A stretch of 64,000 bases of DNA from Candidatus Caenarcanales bacterium (GTDB lineage: Bacteria; Cyanobacteriota; Vampirovibrionia; 2-02-FULL-35-15): contig JAGVKQ010000020.1 of the NCBI GenBank assembly GCA_020050435.1, forward strand, positions 140,012 through 204,011. The letters run 5' to 3'. This document shows, one piece after another, positions 36,508-46,787 of this stretch (position 1 is its first letter; every line of letters starts with the position of its first letter). A program made the translations under genes and the position numbers. Under the pieces are notes generated by a model. It saw only the letters and a program-made list of their open reading frames with translations, ran no database searches and was not told the origin of the DNA.

Positions 36508-37878
36508 CTAATTTATCTCAGGAGTAACATTGTTTAAGTCGGAGGCCTTGTCTAAGCCTAAAATTATTTCTATCTGCTTATCAATCTTTTCTTTATCTAA
36601 ATGTGGCTCAGCCAACTTTCTAAACTTGTTAAAAATATCTTCACAAGCCATAGGATTTTTTGGATGCCCAAAAGGATGTAAAACTTCTTTTACTATCTTT
36701 TTTCCACTAAATAAATTAATTTCCAATCTGTTTCCAAAGCTTTTCGGATAATCTTCTGTATATTTCTGATCTTCTACTACTTTTATTTTTTTCATAAACT
36801 TAATCATGGAAGAATCACGATAATTTTTCTTATGAAAACTTTCATCAGATACATCGCCATCACGAAGTGCTATAGCCGTACAATATGGAAGACTGTGATC
36901 TGCTGTTTCTTTAGAAGTCGGTCTCCATTTTTCAGGCTCTGAACCAATGATCTGATAAGAAGCACCATGAGTGTAAACAACCATATCCTGGATTTCATCG
37001 ATTTTCAATCCATCGTTGTAAACCTTAATCGCTGCTTCCACTGCACTTTGGGCGTGATATTCGACTGGATAAGGTTTTATATATGTTTCAAGAATTTTTT
37101 TCGGTGCTTCACCTATTGCAGGAAGCTTTAAATCTATGGGTCCAGAAATCAATGTTTCAAATCCTCTTACTCCTTCAAAAATCGGAGCAGGTCCTGTCAT
37201 TCCTTCACTAGCTAATCTAGCTGCAAATAGTCCCTGGCGAGCAGCATTAGCAAATGCACACGCTTTCCACATGGACATCTCACCGACACGAGTCTGACGA
37301 GTAGCAATATTACAAACACCAGCTATGCCAAGTGCATTTTCTAACTGTTCTGGATTTAAATCCATCAATATAGCAGCACCACAGGCCACAGAAAAAGCAC
37401 CATAAGTTACATGATCTATTCCTTTAGCACGAAGTGATGCACCATCACAAAGCCTGCACTGAATTTCATATGCAATAGCAATCGCTAAAACAAGATCAAG
37501 TCCACTTTTTCCATAAGCCTGAGCACAAGCAATTAATGGAGCAATATTATCTGATGGGTGAGCTGGCTCCAAAGAAAGATAAGTATCATTGAAATCTAAA
37601 TATCTAACAAGTGATCCATTTGCAAAAGCAGCTTCTTCATAAAAAACATCTTTTCCTTTTCCAAAAAGAGGTGCTTTGTATTTTCCTTTAATTCTAGAAC
37701 AAGCTTTTAAAACAATTTTTGCAGCTTTAGAATCATAAGCACCAAAAGCACAGCCCAAACTATCAATGATTCTTCTTTTTACTTCATGAATAACTTCTTT
37801 TGGAAGTGATTCTTTTTTTACAGATAAAACATAATTTGAGATTTGAGAGGCTTTGTTTTTTGTTAATGTTTCTTGCAT
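36508..37878 (-). CDS. prpD: 2-methylcitrate dehydratase (MmgE/PrpD family)
   Basis: About 455 aa MmgE/PrpD architecture. Start taken at the internal ATG; the track begins at GTG inside the 37904 palindrome. Confidence 0.7.
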   Translation of the reverse strand: MQETLTKNKASQISNYVLSVKKESLPKEVIHEVKRRIIDSLGCAFGAYDSKAAKIVLKACSRIKGKYKAPLFGKGKDVFYEEAAFANGSLVRYLDFNDTYLSLEPAHPSDNIAPLIACAQAYGKSGLDLVLAIAIAYEIQCRLCDGASLRAKGIDHVTYGAFSVACGAAILMDLNPEQLENALGIAGVCNIATRQTRVGEMSMWKACAFANAARQGLFAARLASEGMTGPAPIFEGVRGFETLISGPIDLKLPAIGEAPKKILETYIKPYPVEYHAQSAVEAAIKVYNDGLKIDEIQDMVVYTHGASYQIIGSEPEKWRPTSKETADHSLPYCTAIALRDGDVSDESFHKKNYRDSSMIKFMKKIKVVEDQKYTEDYPKSFGNRLEINLFSGKKIVKEVLHPFGHPKNPMACEDIFNKFRKLAEPHLDKEKIDKQIEIILGLDKASDLNNVTPEIN

Positions 37879-37903
37879 GAATAATATAATAGCAAAATTA
37901 TTC

Positions 37904-37928
37904 ACGTCATTGCGAGCCGAATGACGTT
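37904..37928. repeat. short palindrome cacgtcattgcgagccgaatgacgt (second palindromic family)
   Basis: acgtcatt/aatgacgt arms identical to the outer arms of the 33794 element. Confidence 0.6.
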
Positions 37929-37939
37929 ATGCGGAAGAA

Positions 37940-38893
37940 TTAACTACCTTGTTCTAATCCTGACTTAATACCATCTAAAACTTTACCAACATTAGCTCTA
38001 AAAATATCATAATTAGGTGTTTGCCCAGATGCAGCTTGTTGGACTTCATCAGTAATAAGTGCACTTAATCCAATATTTCTAACTCCATCTTTCACAATAG
38101 CTGAAATACTTTCTGCATCTGCTTTAATCCCACCAGTAACAACTGGAGTCGAAACGCCTGTTTTAAATCTTTCAACAGATTCTCTCAGTACACGCAATGA
38201 TCCTAATCCGTTTGCTCCAACTAGTTTTCCAATGCGAATTTGAGCTCCTTTATCAGCTTTGAGTAAAGCCGTCCAGAATTTTGTAGGTGTATCACGAGTA
38301 CTTCTATCATCAGCAACCAATGAAACTTCTCTAATTTGAATTTCGCGACTAAATGGTCCACCTAAAGCATCCACTAAACCTTTTGCCCCATTAGCGTCAA
38401 ATGGAAAAACTTTTACAATGGAGGGATTAGAGTCAAATCTCCTAGCTTGTCTTTCTAACTTATCTGCATCACTTAGATCACTAATAGCTGGAATAGCATT
38501 AATACGAGCTTCTGCTGCTGCTTGAAGAACATTAAAATAAGTCATAGGTGAAACTACAGTCTCAAAACCTCTACTTTTTGCTGTTTCTACATCTGTTTCA
38601 TAAAGAACTGATCCTACTGCAAAATTTTCAGGTCTTAAAGCGGTTCCAGCAGAATCAGTTCCAAAACCAGTAGATATAGCATTCACAGCATCCCAACTGT
38701 CTACTGCTCTAAGTACTGGTTCAATGACAAGTTTAACTCTACCTAGCAAACTTCTTTTCCCAGCTTCTTCATTAAAAATTTCAATAGCTCTATTTGATAG
38801 CTTTATAAGTTGCAAGCCACTTAATATTTTAGATTTAGAATTGAATCCAGTTACTGCAAAAACATTTACATTATTACTTATAACTAGTCCCAT
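37940..38893 (-). CDS. nitronate monooxygenase / FMN-dependent TIM-barrel oxidoreductase family protein
   Basis: Gly-rich FMN-phosphate-binding segment VVTGGIKADAESISAIVKDGV. 317 aa. Confidence 0.45.
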   Translation of the reverse strand: MGLVISNNVNVFAVTGFNSKSKILSGLQLIKLSNRAIEIFNEEAGKRSLLGRVKLVIEPVLRAVDSWDAVNAISTGFGTDSAGTALRPENFAVGSVLYETDVETAKSRGFETVVSPMTYFNVLQAAAEARINAIPAISDLSDADKLERQARRFDSNPSIVKVFPFDANGAKGLVDALGGPFSREIQIREVSLVADDRSTRDTPTKFWTALLKADKGAQIRIGKLVGANGLGSLRVLRESVERFKTGVSTPVVTGGIKADAESISAIVKDGVRNIGLSALITDEVQQAASGQTPNYDIFRANVGKVLDGIKSGLEQGS

Positions 38894-38956
38894 AAATTTC
38901 TCCTTAAATAAATTAGAGAAAGTCTACCAATAATATATAAGAATGATCAATCTGTA

Positions 38957-39802
38957 TTATTCTAATACCAGTCTATTGAAATTTAGAAGATTTTCTTTAA
39001 CCTTGTCTATATCTCCCTTTAAAATGGCATCTGCATCAAAAACACTACCACCTAAACAAACTCCATACGCTCCATATTTTTCTACAACCTCATTCATATT
39101 TTTAGAATTTACTCCACCTACAGCATAAGTTCTAATTTTTTTTTCTGGGTCTAAACCCTCACTTATTTTTTCAAATCCGTTTTTACCTGGGGGCAACTTT
39201 ACAATTATTGTATATCCTTGGATTTTTTCTCTTGATAAATAAAGATTGTAAAACTCAGTAGGTGAATTAACTATCTCATATTTCCCACCCAACTCATACA
39301 CTCTATCAGAATCAAAAGAAGTAATTTTGAAACCTTTTTTTTCTAATTCATCAAACTCATCTCTAAAAGGGTCTCTTATAGCTTTAAAAAATTCCTCATG
39401 AGTTTTCACATTAGCAGGGAAAAATTTCTGGTCTTTAATTTCTAAAAACTTTGCTTTCAAAGCTTCAGAAGAAAGAAAAACTCCAGGAAGTATGGGAATT
39501 TTATTTTCTTTAGCCTCTTCTACTACATCTTCAAATAAACCTGGAGAAACTAAAAATTTCGCCCCACAAGATATGGCTTCTTTTGCGAGCTCTTTATTTT
39601 TAATAGAACCCACCCCTATAAATAGATTATCGCTAGAACATTTTTTTACAACATCCTGCCAATGTTCTGAATTTGATGTAATTTCAACAGCTTCTATTCC
39701 TGATTCAAAAGCAGCTTTTATAGCAAGTAGCGTATTTTCAAAACTTGTACCGGGTTTTGTACGAAGAATTGCAATTAATTTATAGTTTATATGATTTAAC
39801 AT
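38957..39802 (-). CDS. KDPG/KHG aldolase (Eda) family protein with internal insertion
   Basis: LIAILRTKPG ... GIEAVEITSNSE ... GAKFLVSPG ... YAVGGVNSKNMNEVV blocks. Start taken at the internal Met. Confidence 0.45.
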   Translation of the reverse strand: MLNHINYKLIAILRTKPGTSFENTLLAIKAAFESGIEAVEITSNSEHWQDVVKKCSSDNLFIGVGSIKNKELAKEAISCGAKFLVSPGLFEDVVEEAKENKIPILPGVFLSSEALKAKFLEIKDQKFFPANVKTHEEFFKAIRDPFRDEFDELEKKGFKITSFDSDRVYELGGKYEIVNSPTEFYNLYLSREKIQGYTIIVKLPPGKNGFEKISEGLDPEKKIRTYAVGGVNSKNMNEVVEKYGAYGVCLGGSVFDADAILKGDIDKVKENLLNFNRLVLE

Positions 39803-39825
39803 TTTTAGGATTATAATCATTATAT

Positions 39826-41406
39826 ATGAACGATCTAAAACATCTAACCTTAGGTCAACTTTTAGATTCACAAGCATTAAAGCATGCAAATAAAGATGCA
39901 ATAGTTTTTACTGATTTGCATTATAGAATTAATTACAAAGAGTTTAAAGAAATTACGGATGACATTGCAAAAGGTCTTTTAGCTCTTCATATAAAAAAAG
40001 GTGAGCACATTGGAATATTTGCTGTGAATTGTCCAGAGTGGGTTATATTACAATTCGCTGCTGCAAAAATTGGTGCTGTTTTAGTAAACATAAATCCTGC
40101 CCTTAAAACACATGAATTGAAATATATTTTAGAACAAGGAGATATAACGACTCTTTTTCTCACTGAGTCATTTAAAGGTCAGAATATGGTAGAGGTATTA
40201 AAAGGACTATGGGACCATGGGACCATAGAACCATTGGGACTATTGAAAAAAATAGTAACAATTAGATCCAATTCATATCCTGATTACATAAAATGGAATG
40301 ATCTTCTTGAATTAGCTAAAAGTGTACCAATTGATGATTTAATTGAAAGAGGAAATTCTCTTTCCACAGATGATGTAATAAATATTCAATATACTTCAGG
40401 CACGACTGGTTTTCCTAAAGGAGCTCAACTAACTCACTATGGAATTCTAAATAATGCCTATTTCTGCGGAATAAATATGAATCTTTCTGATAAAGACTCT
40501 ATCTGTATTCCTGTCCCACTTTATCATTGTTTTGGCTGCGTTCTAGGCACACTTACCTGTGTAAATTTTGGAATTAAAATGGTTTTTCCCTCTGAGTTTT
40601 TTGATCCTAAGAAAACACTCGAAGCAGTTCATAAAGAAAAATGCACAGCACTTTATGGTGTACCTACTATGTTTATCGCAGAGCTAGCATTGAAAGAATT
40701 TAATGAATATGATTTAAGTTCTCTTCGAACAGGTGTTATTGCAGGTGCACCATGCCCCATGGAACTTATGAAACAACTCATAGAAAAAATGAATCTAAAT
40801 GAAATCACTATAGGATACGGTTTTACTGAGGCTTCTCCATTACTTACACAAACAAGGTATAACGATCCTATAGAAATGAAAGTAGGGACAGTAGGAAGAG
40901 CTCATCAAAACGTAAAAGTTAAAATTGTAGATGGTGAACTATGTGGATATGGATACAATGCAATGAAAGGCTATTATAAAATGCCTGAAAAAACAAAAGA
41001 AGTATTAGACACTGAAGGCTGGATGCATACAGGAGATTTAGCCACAGTAGATGAAAAAGATGTTTATAAAATTGTTGGAAGAATAAAAGATATGATAATC
41101 CGTGGAGGAGAAAATATTTATCCTGCTGAAGTAGAAGATTTTTTAATGACAAATGAAAAAATTGAACAAGTTCAAGTAGTAGGAATCCCAGATCAAAAAT
41201 TCGGCGAACAAGTAGCAGCTTTTATAAAATTAAAACCAGATCAAAAAATTACCTCTGATGAATTAAAAGAATGGTGTAAAGGTAAAATTGCTAATTACAA
41301 AATTCCTTATTGTGTGAGGTTTGTTAATGATTTCCCCATGACAGCTAATGGCAAAGTGCAGAAATATAAACTTAGGGAATCCCTAATTAAAGAACTATCA
41401 CTATAG
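39826..41406 (+). CDS. acyl-CoA synthetase (AMP-binding, fatty-acid-CoA ligase type)
   Basis: YTSGTTGFPKGAQLTH. GYGFTEASP. C-terminal ...GKVQKYKLRE. Confidence 0.85.
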   Translation: MNDLKHLTLGQLLDSQALKHANKDAIVFTDLHYRINYKEFKEITDDIAKGLLALHIKKGEHIGIFAVNCPEWVILQFAAAKIGAVLVNINPALKTHELKYILEQGDITTLFLTESFKGQNMVEVLKGLWDHGTIEPLGLLKKIVTIRSNSYPDYIKWNDLLELAKSVPIDDLIERGNSLSTDDVINIQYTSGTTGFPKGAQLTHYGILNNAYFCGINMNLSDKDSICIPVPLYHCFGCVLGTLTCVNFGIKMVFPSEFFDPKKTLEAVHKEKCTALYGVPTMFIAELALKEFNEYDLSSLRTGVIAGAPCPMELMKQLIEKMNLNEITIGYGFTEASPLLTQTRYNDPIEMKVGTVGRAHQNVKVKIVDGELCGYGYNAMKGYYKMPEKTKEVLDTEGWMHTGDLATVDEKDVYKIVGRIKDMIIRGGENIYPAEVEDFLMTNEKIEQVQVVGIPDQKFGEQVAAFIKLKPDQKITSDELKEWCKGKIANYKIPYCVRFVNDFPMTANGKVQKYKLRESLIKELSL

Positions 41407-41508
41407 GGAAGTCCTTAGCAAAAATAATATGTCCTCCCTGATGCATTTAGCCAGGAAGAATATCAATAGAATCTTGGTATAGTCCGTGTGTGCTATTGCA
41501 AGGAAGCA

Positions 41509-42525
41509 ATGAAATTACGTTTTCACAATTCAAGGAATGAGAAAGGCTTTATAGCTGCTTTTTTTACAGTTTTTTTACCCGTATTTATCGGGATATTTGC
41601 TTTAACAGTAGACATGCCAAAGCTATACTCCTGCAGTTCTGATATTAAAAGTGGGGTTGACTTAGCAACTCTTGCAGGAATATCTCAACTACAGAGCTCA
41701 TCAGATATAACTCAAGCCAAATTAGCTGCTGTTAGTTATTTAAACAGCAACTTAAGCAGAACGGTTCCAGGATATACAAATGCAAATTTAGGAGATAGCA
41801 ATCTAGATGTTAAAGTAGGAGTTTATGATTTTTCTACAAGTATGTTTACCTGGGATGAAGCAAGCTCATCAGTCAATGCAATTATGCTGACTTACTCACA
41901 CCAAGCAAGTAGTGTCTGGAGTAACTATTACATGATTAACAGTTTCACTGTATCATCTTCATCTACAGCAGCTAAATACTATGCAGGTTCAGCAAGCACT
42001 GGAACAAGTTTTCCTCTTGCAATAGAAAAAAGTGTTTTAACATCAGCACTATCAAACAGCACTCAAAGAATTTACCAGTTTGGAATGAGTACAAATTCAT
42101 ATTTTACTGCTTTTGACAACAATGCAAGTGTTGGAGATATTGAAGATACCATAGATTATTTTCAAGGCAGGAGTGGAACACCATCAAGATCAGTTGCAAT
42201 TGGAGATAATTTTAAATATAATAGTGGTGCACTAGCAACAGCTTACCTTTATATAAATTTAGTTTTTCCATGGACTTTACCAGGACATAGTTTTGTTTTC
42301 CCTATTGTTACGAAAGGCAGTGGAAATGATTTAACAGCAGAAGGTTTTACCTCAGCAACAATAAATAATTTTGGAATAGGTGCCATGGGATACTATATGG
42401 ATGTTACATTTCAACAACATCAAAACGACAATACCTGGGGAGGATTACAACCAGGTTCTGAGCCTAGTAATATTCCGACAAATGAAAAAATTTATTTATC
42501 TACAGCATATAAAATTGTTGAATAA
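41509..42525 (+). CDS. TadE/TadG-like (Flp-pilus pseudopilin-like) protein, paralog 1
   Basis: N-terminal KGFIAAFFTVFLPVFIGIFALTVDM, the TadE-like hydrophobic segment. Remainder Ser/Thr/Asn-rich. Confidence 0.5.
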   Translation: MKLRFHNSRNEKGFIAAFFTVFLPVFIGIFALTVDMPKLYSCSSDIKSGVDLATLAGISQLQSSSDITQAKLAAVSYLNSNLSRTVPGYTNANLGDSNLDVKVGVYDFSTSMFTWDEASSSVNAIMLTYSHQASSVWSNYYMINSFTVSSSSTAAKYYAGSASTGTSFPLAIEKSVLTSALSNSTQRIYQFGMSTNSYFTAFDNNASVGDIEDTIDYFQGRSGTPSRSVAIGDNFKYNSGALATAYLYINLVFPWTLPGHSFVFPIVTKGSGNDLTAEGFTSATINNFGIGAMGYYMDVTFQQHQNDNTWGGLQPGSEPSNIPTNEKIYLSTAYKIVE

Positions 42526-42701
42526 GAGGTATAACCCTTCCCCCAGTCATATCCCTACAAGACAGCTTGGTTAACCCTCCACTTACTTAATTACACCATG
42601 GGTCTCACTACGTTTTATATAATCTCAACAAAGCCAGTCGGGATGCCACTTTCAGAAGGTAGGCTTATCATGCGATTTGGGAATAATTAAAAAACAACAA
42701 T

Positions 42702-43730
42702 ATGATTATTCTTAAAAACAATTCTTATACTAGATCCAACAAAGGCTTTATAGCTGCATTTTTTACTGTATTTCTACCTGTCTTCATAGGAATAATGGCC
42801 CTATCAGTAGACCTTCCAAGAATGTATTCTTATAATGCAGACATAAAGTCAGCTCTTGATTTAGCTGTCATTGCTGGTATTTCACAGCTAAATAGTACTT
42901 CTGATATAACAACTGCAAAGAATACAGCAGTAACTTATTTAAATGCTAATCTCTCTATGACATTACCTAATTTCACTAACTTAACAACATCAAGTACAGG
43001 ATTAACTTTACAAGCAGGCACCTATGACTCATCTACATGTACATTTACTTATAATGAAGCAGGTCCAACTGTAAATGCCCTTAAAATTACTTATTCCTAC
43101 ACTCCAAACTCTATACTTAGTGGCTTTTTTATGATAGATACTTTTACAATTACTGCTTCAAGTTTAGGAGGAAAGACTTATGCTGGTTACGCTCCAGCTG
43201 GGACAACTTTTCCTATAATCTTAGATCCTGCTGCATTAACAACTGCAGCAGCAAATTCAAATGTAGTTCGTTTATATCAAAATGGGGGCAGTCAAAATTC
43301 ATACTTGGGAGATTATGTAGGTAATTCCATGTCAAATGACGTCGATGCTCAGATAGACTATTTTCAAAACTCCAGTGGTACGCCCCCTCCTGCTGTAGCA
43401 ATAGGATCAACGTTTATGCAATTAAATGCCAGTGGACAAATAGCAATGGTTTATTCTGGTAATCTTTCAGGCTGGGTACCAACTTCTGGAACAACATTAG
43501 TTTTTCCTGTAGGAACATTAGGCGCTGGAAATAATGTAACAATAACTGGATACGTACTAGGATCACTAGTTACTTTTGGAATAGGTAGCATGAGTAATTA
43601 TGCAGATATAACTATCGTCCCAGGATCCACATCTAATTCTTGGAGTGGTCTAGTTACTGGTGCTCAGCCCACGGGATTAGATGAAACACAACTTTCTCTC
43701 TTAGCATCTGGATCAGGACTCGTTTTATGA
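42702..43730 (+). CDS. TadE/TadG-like protein, paralog 2
   Basis: N-terminal KGFIAAFFTVFLPVFIGIMALSVDLPRMYSYNADIKSALDLAVIAGISQL, collinear with paralog 1. Confidence 0.5.
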   Translation: MIILKNNSYTRSNKGFIAAFFTVFLPVFIGIMALSVDLPRMYSYNADIKSALDLAVIAGISQLNSTSDITTAKNTAVTYLNANLSMTLPNFTNLTTSSTGLTLQAGTYDSSTCTFTYNEAGPTVNALKITYSYTPNSILSGFFMIDTFTITASSLGGKTYAGYAPAGTTFPIILDPAALTTAAANSNVVRLYQNGGSQNSYLGDYVGNSMSNDVDAQIDYFQNSSGTPPPAVAIGSTFMQLNASGQIAMVYSGNLSGWVPTSGTTLVFPVGTLGAGNNVTITGYVLGSLVTFGIGSMSNYADITIVPGSTSNSWSGLVTGAQPTGLDETQLSLLASGSGLVL

Positions 43731-43871
43731 GATAGCCCTTGGGTAAAGTATTAGCTTTAATTAAAAACAAAGTCTATCCCTTGCCACAACCCTTTCATAG
43801 AGAGGGTTTCCTCATGGTAATAGGTATAATACAAATAGAAAGCCTCTTAAAGACTTTGAAAGGGGGAATGT

Positions 43872-44084
43872 ATGAAATCCATTTTAAAACTAACAATTCT
43901 TACAGTTATAGCCATGGGTATTTGCAGTACCTCTGCATTAGCTTATGTATGTGAGACAGAGCCAAATAACTGTTCTAATTGTACATGGCAATTATCTCAT
44001 TGTGATACTGAAGGAACACCTGATTTTACAGATGCAGATGCAGCCACAAATCCAGACAATCCATGTTATCCATATTGTAGCTAA
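43872..44084 (+). CDS. small secreted Cys-rich peptide (70 aa precursor)
   Basis: SD aagggggaa. Sec signal MKSILKLTILTVIAMGICSTSALA. Mature 46 aa with 6 Cys (CETEPNNCSNCTWQLSHCD...PCYPYCS). Confidence 0.5.
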   Translation: MKSILKLTILTVIAMGICSTSALAYVCETEPNNCSNCTWQLSHCDTEGTPDFTDADAATNPDNPCYPYCS

Positions 44085-44092
44085 TTAGATAA

Positions 44093-45595
44093 CTATATTT
44101 TCAAATCCACTGTAATAGGGTCATGGTCTGAGATCATACTCGGAAAAGATTCATTTACTAACTTTAAGGTTTGACCATTATATGGTTCAAACCTTTTTCT
44201 TTTTGGTTTTATAAAAAACCAGTCCAGCTTATAATAACCAATTACATTAGGCTTTGTAAATTCAAAAGTACTTTCAAAACCTTTTAACTGCCTTTCATTA
44301 GAATCTGACAGTAAACCTCTTTTACCGTTTGAGCTTCTTTTTGGATTTCCATCAAAATCAAAATTTTCTCCATCATAGAATCTGAAGTCTTTTAAATAGG
44401 TAAATGTTTTTCTTTCTCCATTCGGAGAAAGAAGTGGAATACTTATAACTGCTGGGTCTTTATATTTTAAACTAGTGCTTATAGCTGCTGCACTTAAATT
44501 TCCTACACCTGGTGGCAATACTGGCAAAGTTAAGAATAGTGCTTGTCTCGCCAAGAAATTGGGATCTTTTATTCTTTTTGTTATTTCCTTTTTTAGTGAA
44601 GTTGGAATTGAATCTGAAGTTGTCGTATTAAAGTCACCGGCTAAAACAAGAGGTGTTCTTTTATCTTTTATCTTGGTAAGCAAGTATTCTATTTGCTTAA
44701 ATCTTCCTTTAGGAATACATCTATCTTCCAAATGAGTAGAAACAACTGTTACTATTTCTTTATTAGGTAATTCAATATCAGCAATAATTGCATTCCTTCC
44801 GCCCCTTCTGACCTCACTAAATATATGTTCTCTAAATAATCCCTTTGCACCAACTCTTCTGGCTCCTTCAAGAAACGATTTTTTTTTCAACTCTTCTTCA
44901 TACCATTTATAGCCATCTGGAAGTCTTACTACTTCTACATTTTTAATGGGGTATTTAGATAAAATTGCATTTCCATGCAATCCAAGATACTTTTCAGTAT
45001 CTACGTTTAACATAGCAATTATGGGTCCAAGCTCAACAAATTCAGTAGCAAAAGCATAGTTATAACCAAGAGAATTGGCAAGTTCATCAACATTGTTTCT
45101 GTAATTAGTTCTAGGCATGCCAATATCAACTTCATTTAAAGAAATAATGTCACTAGTTGAAAGTAGTTTTAATTCCCTCCTAAAGTTATCCTGGGACTTC
45201 TCTCTAATATTATTTTTATAAACGTAATAATATGTATCAGGTGAGGTTAATAAGGCTTTGATTTGCTCTGTATTGAAACCTCTTTGAATATTCCAATGAG
45301 CTACTCTTAGACGGTTCTTTATTGGTTTTGTGGAAAGGGTTTGAGATTCTAAGTCTTCTTTCCTATTGAAAATATAAGGAGTATTTAATTGCTTCTGTAG
45401 TTTTCTATATAATTTATAACCATTTTTTTTATTGTATGCTAATTTAACAAGATCTTCATAGGATAAATAGCTTACTAGTCTTACCTTAGGCAACTTATCC
45501 TTTATAACCCTATCTTTAAAAAAGAAAGGTATAAGTATTACAAGACATAGGCAAATAAAAAATACATGAACATGTTTTTCTTTAATAATTTTCAC
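44093..45595 (-). CDS. endonuclease/exonuclease/phosphatase (EEP) family protein, membrane-anchored
   Basis: N-terminal TM. RVAHWNIQRG. SLNEVD. Later Asp/His blocks typical of EEP. Confidence 0.55.
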   Translation of the reverse strand: MKIIKEKHVHVFFICLCLVILIPFFFKDRVIKDKLPKVRLVSYLSYEDLVKLAYNKKNGYKLYRKLQKQLNTPYIFNRKEDLESQTLSTKPIKNRLRVAHWNIQRGFNTEQIKALLTSPDTYYYVYKNNIREKSQDNFRRELKLLSTSDIISLNEVDIGMPRTNYRNNVDELANSLGYNYAFATEFVELGPIIAMLNVDTEKYLGLHGNAILSKYPIKNVEVVRLPDGYKWYEEELKKKSFLEGARRVGAKGLFREHIFSEVRRGGRNAIIADIELPNKEIVTVVSTHLEDRCIPKGRFKQIEYLLTKIKDKRTPLVLAGDFNTTTSDSIPTSLKKEITKRIKDPNFLARQALFLTLPVLPPGVGNLSAAAISTSLKYKDPAVISIPLLSPNGERKTFTYLKDFRFYDGENFDFDGNPKRSSNGKRGLLSDSNERQLKGFESTFEFTKPNVIGYYKLDWFFIKPKRKRFEPYNGQTLKLVNESFPSMISDHDPITVDLKI

Positions 45596-45650
45596 AATCT
45601 TCGGGTGTTGTCCTCATTCATTTATTGTTATTATAACTATTGTTAAATAT

Positions 45651-46184
45651 ATGAGAAGGAAAAATTACATAATATATCTCTTTATTTTGTTTTCATTAAC
45701 AATCTCAAATTGCTCTGCAAAAGACTTAATAATCAATGAAGAGAAAAGCAAATTAACATATAGCTTAAGTGAATTCGGCTTTGTTTTCAAGAAAAAACCT
45801 CTACCAATGAGAGGATTTCTAAATATAGAAAAGGACTTATTAAATAAAATAGACCTTAAAGTCAAATTCACATCAAAGAATCCTTTTTTTAGGAAATTTA
45901 TCAACTACAAGCAATATCCTGATTTTTCTTTTATATCCACAGAAAAAAACCCAATCAATTTTGAAAAAGAATCTTTTACAATAACTGGAGATGTTAGTTT
46001 TCATGGAGTAACAAAAAGGATGACTATAGAACTTAAAAATGCTTCAGATATTGAGAACTATCTTTTCACTGGTGAAATAAACATAAAAATGACAGATTTT
46101 GGATTAACACCACCTAGATTTTTATTTTTTAGAGTAGATGACCATATAAAAACTGAAGTTGAAATATATTCAAACAAAGTTTAA
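45651..46184 (+). CDS. YceI-like periplasmic protein
   Basis: Signal peptide and FHGVTKRMTIELK motif. Confidence 0.5.
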   Translation: MRRKNYIIYLFILFSLTISNCSAKDLIINEEKSKLTYSLSEFGFVFKKKPLPMRGFLNIEKDLLNKIDLKVKFTSKNPFFRKFINYKQYPDFSFISTEKNPINFEKESFTITGDVSFHGVTKRMTIELKNASDIENYLFTGEINIKMTDFGLTPPRFLFFRVDDHIKTEVEIYSNKV

Positions 46185-46787
46185 AGAGTATTTATTCCAT
46201 GTTTTTTCAATTAAGCTTTTATCTCTACATAATTCCTCATACCAAAAACAAATTTTACTAACAAGGTTATCTGTAAGAATGTTTTTTTTGAAAGCTTTCA
46301 TCCCAACTTCACCAACTATTTCTTCCAGAGAAATTGGGCTTATTTCATCCCTATCAAGGCTATGATCATACTTTTTTATATTTATCCCTATTCCTGTAAT
46401 TAAAGAGGACATGCCTTCTTTTCCTAATCTACTTTCTACTAAAATACCACCCAATTTTTTATCTCCAAAATATAAATCATTAATGGGTTTCAATTTTATA
46501 CCTATATCAAACTCTTCTTTTAAAACTTCAACACATGCCACACCACTAGCCAAAGTATAAAGAGTAGTAGTCTCAAAGAACTCTTTTTCTTTAGGAATAT
46601 GAACAATGGAAAGATACAATCCAATTCCTTCTGGTGATGACCAAACCCTGCCCCTCGTACCCTTTCCAGCAGTTTGAGAATCAGCCACGATATAAGATGT
46701 TTCAGAAATCTTACCTGATGAAATAAGACGCTTGGCTTCTTCATTAGTAGAGTCTATTTCTTGATAGTAGCGGTAAGGGTAATTCAT
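46170..46787 (-). CDS. birA: biotin-[acetyl-CoA-carboxylase] ligase, catalytic-only (group I BirA)
   Basis: ADSQTAGKGTRGRVWSSPEGIGLYLS = GRGRRGRxW biotin-ligase motif. No N-terminal HTH. Confidence 0.7.
   Translation of the reverse strand: MNYPYRYYQEIDSTNEEAKRLISSGKISETSYIVADSQTAGKGTRGRVWSSPEGIGLYLSIVHIPKEKEFFETTTLYTLASGVACVEVLKEEFDIGIKLKPINDLYFGDKKLGGILVESRLGKEGMSSLITGIGINIKKYDHSLDRDEISPISLEEIVGEVGMKAFKKNILTDNLVSKICFWYEELCRDKSLIEKTWNKYSLNFV

Noticed and set aside
43739-43954. 71-aa ORF overlapping the start of the Cys-rich peptide gene
   Set aside because: It has no RBS. It overlaps a better-supported small gene with an SD and a signal peptide.
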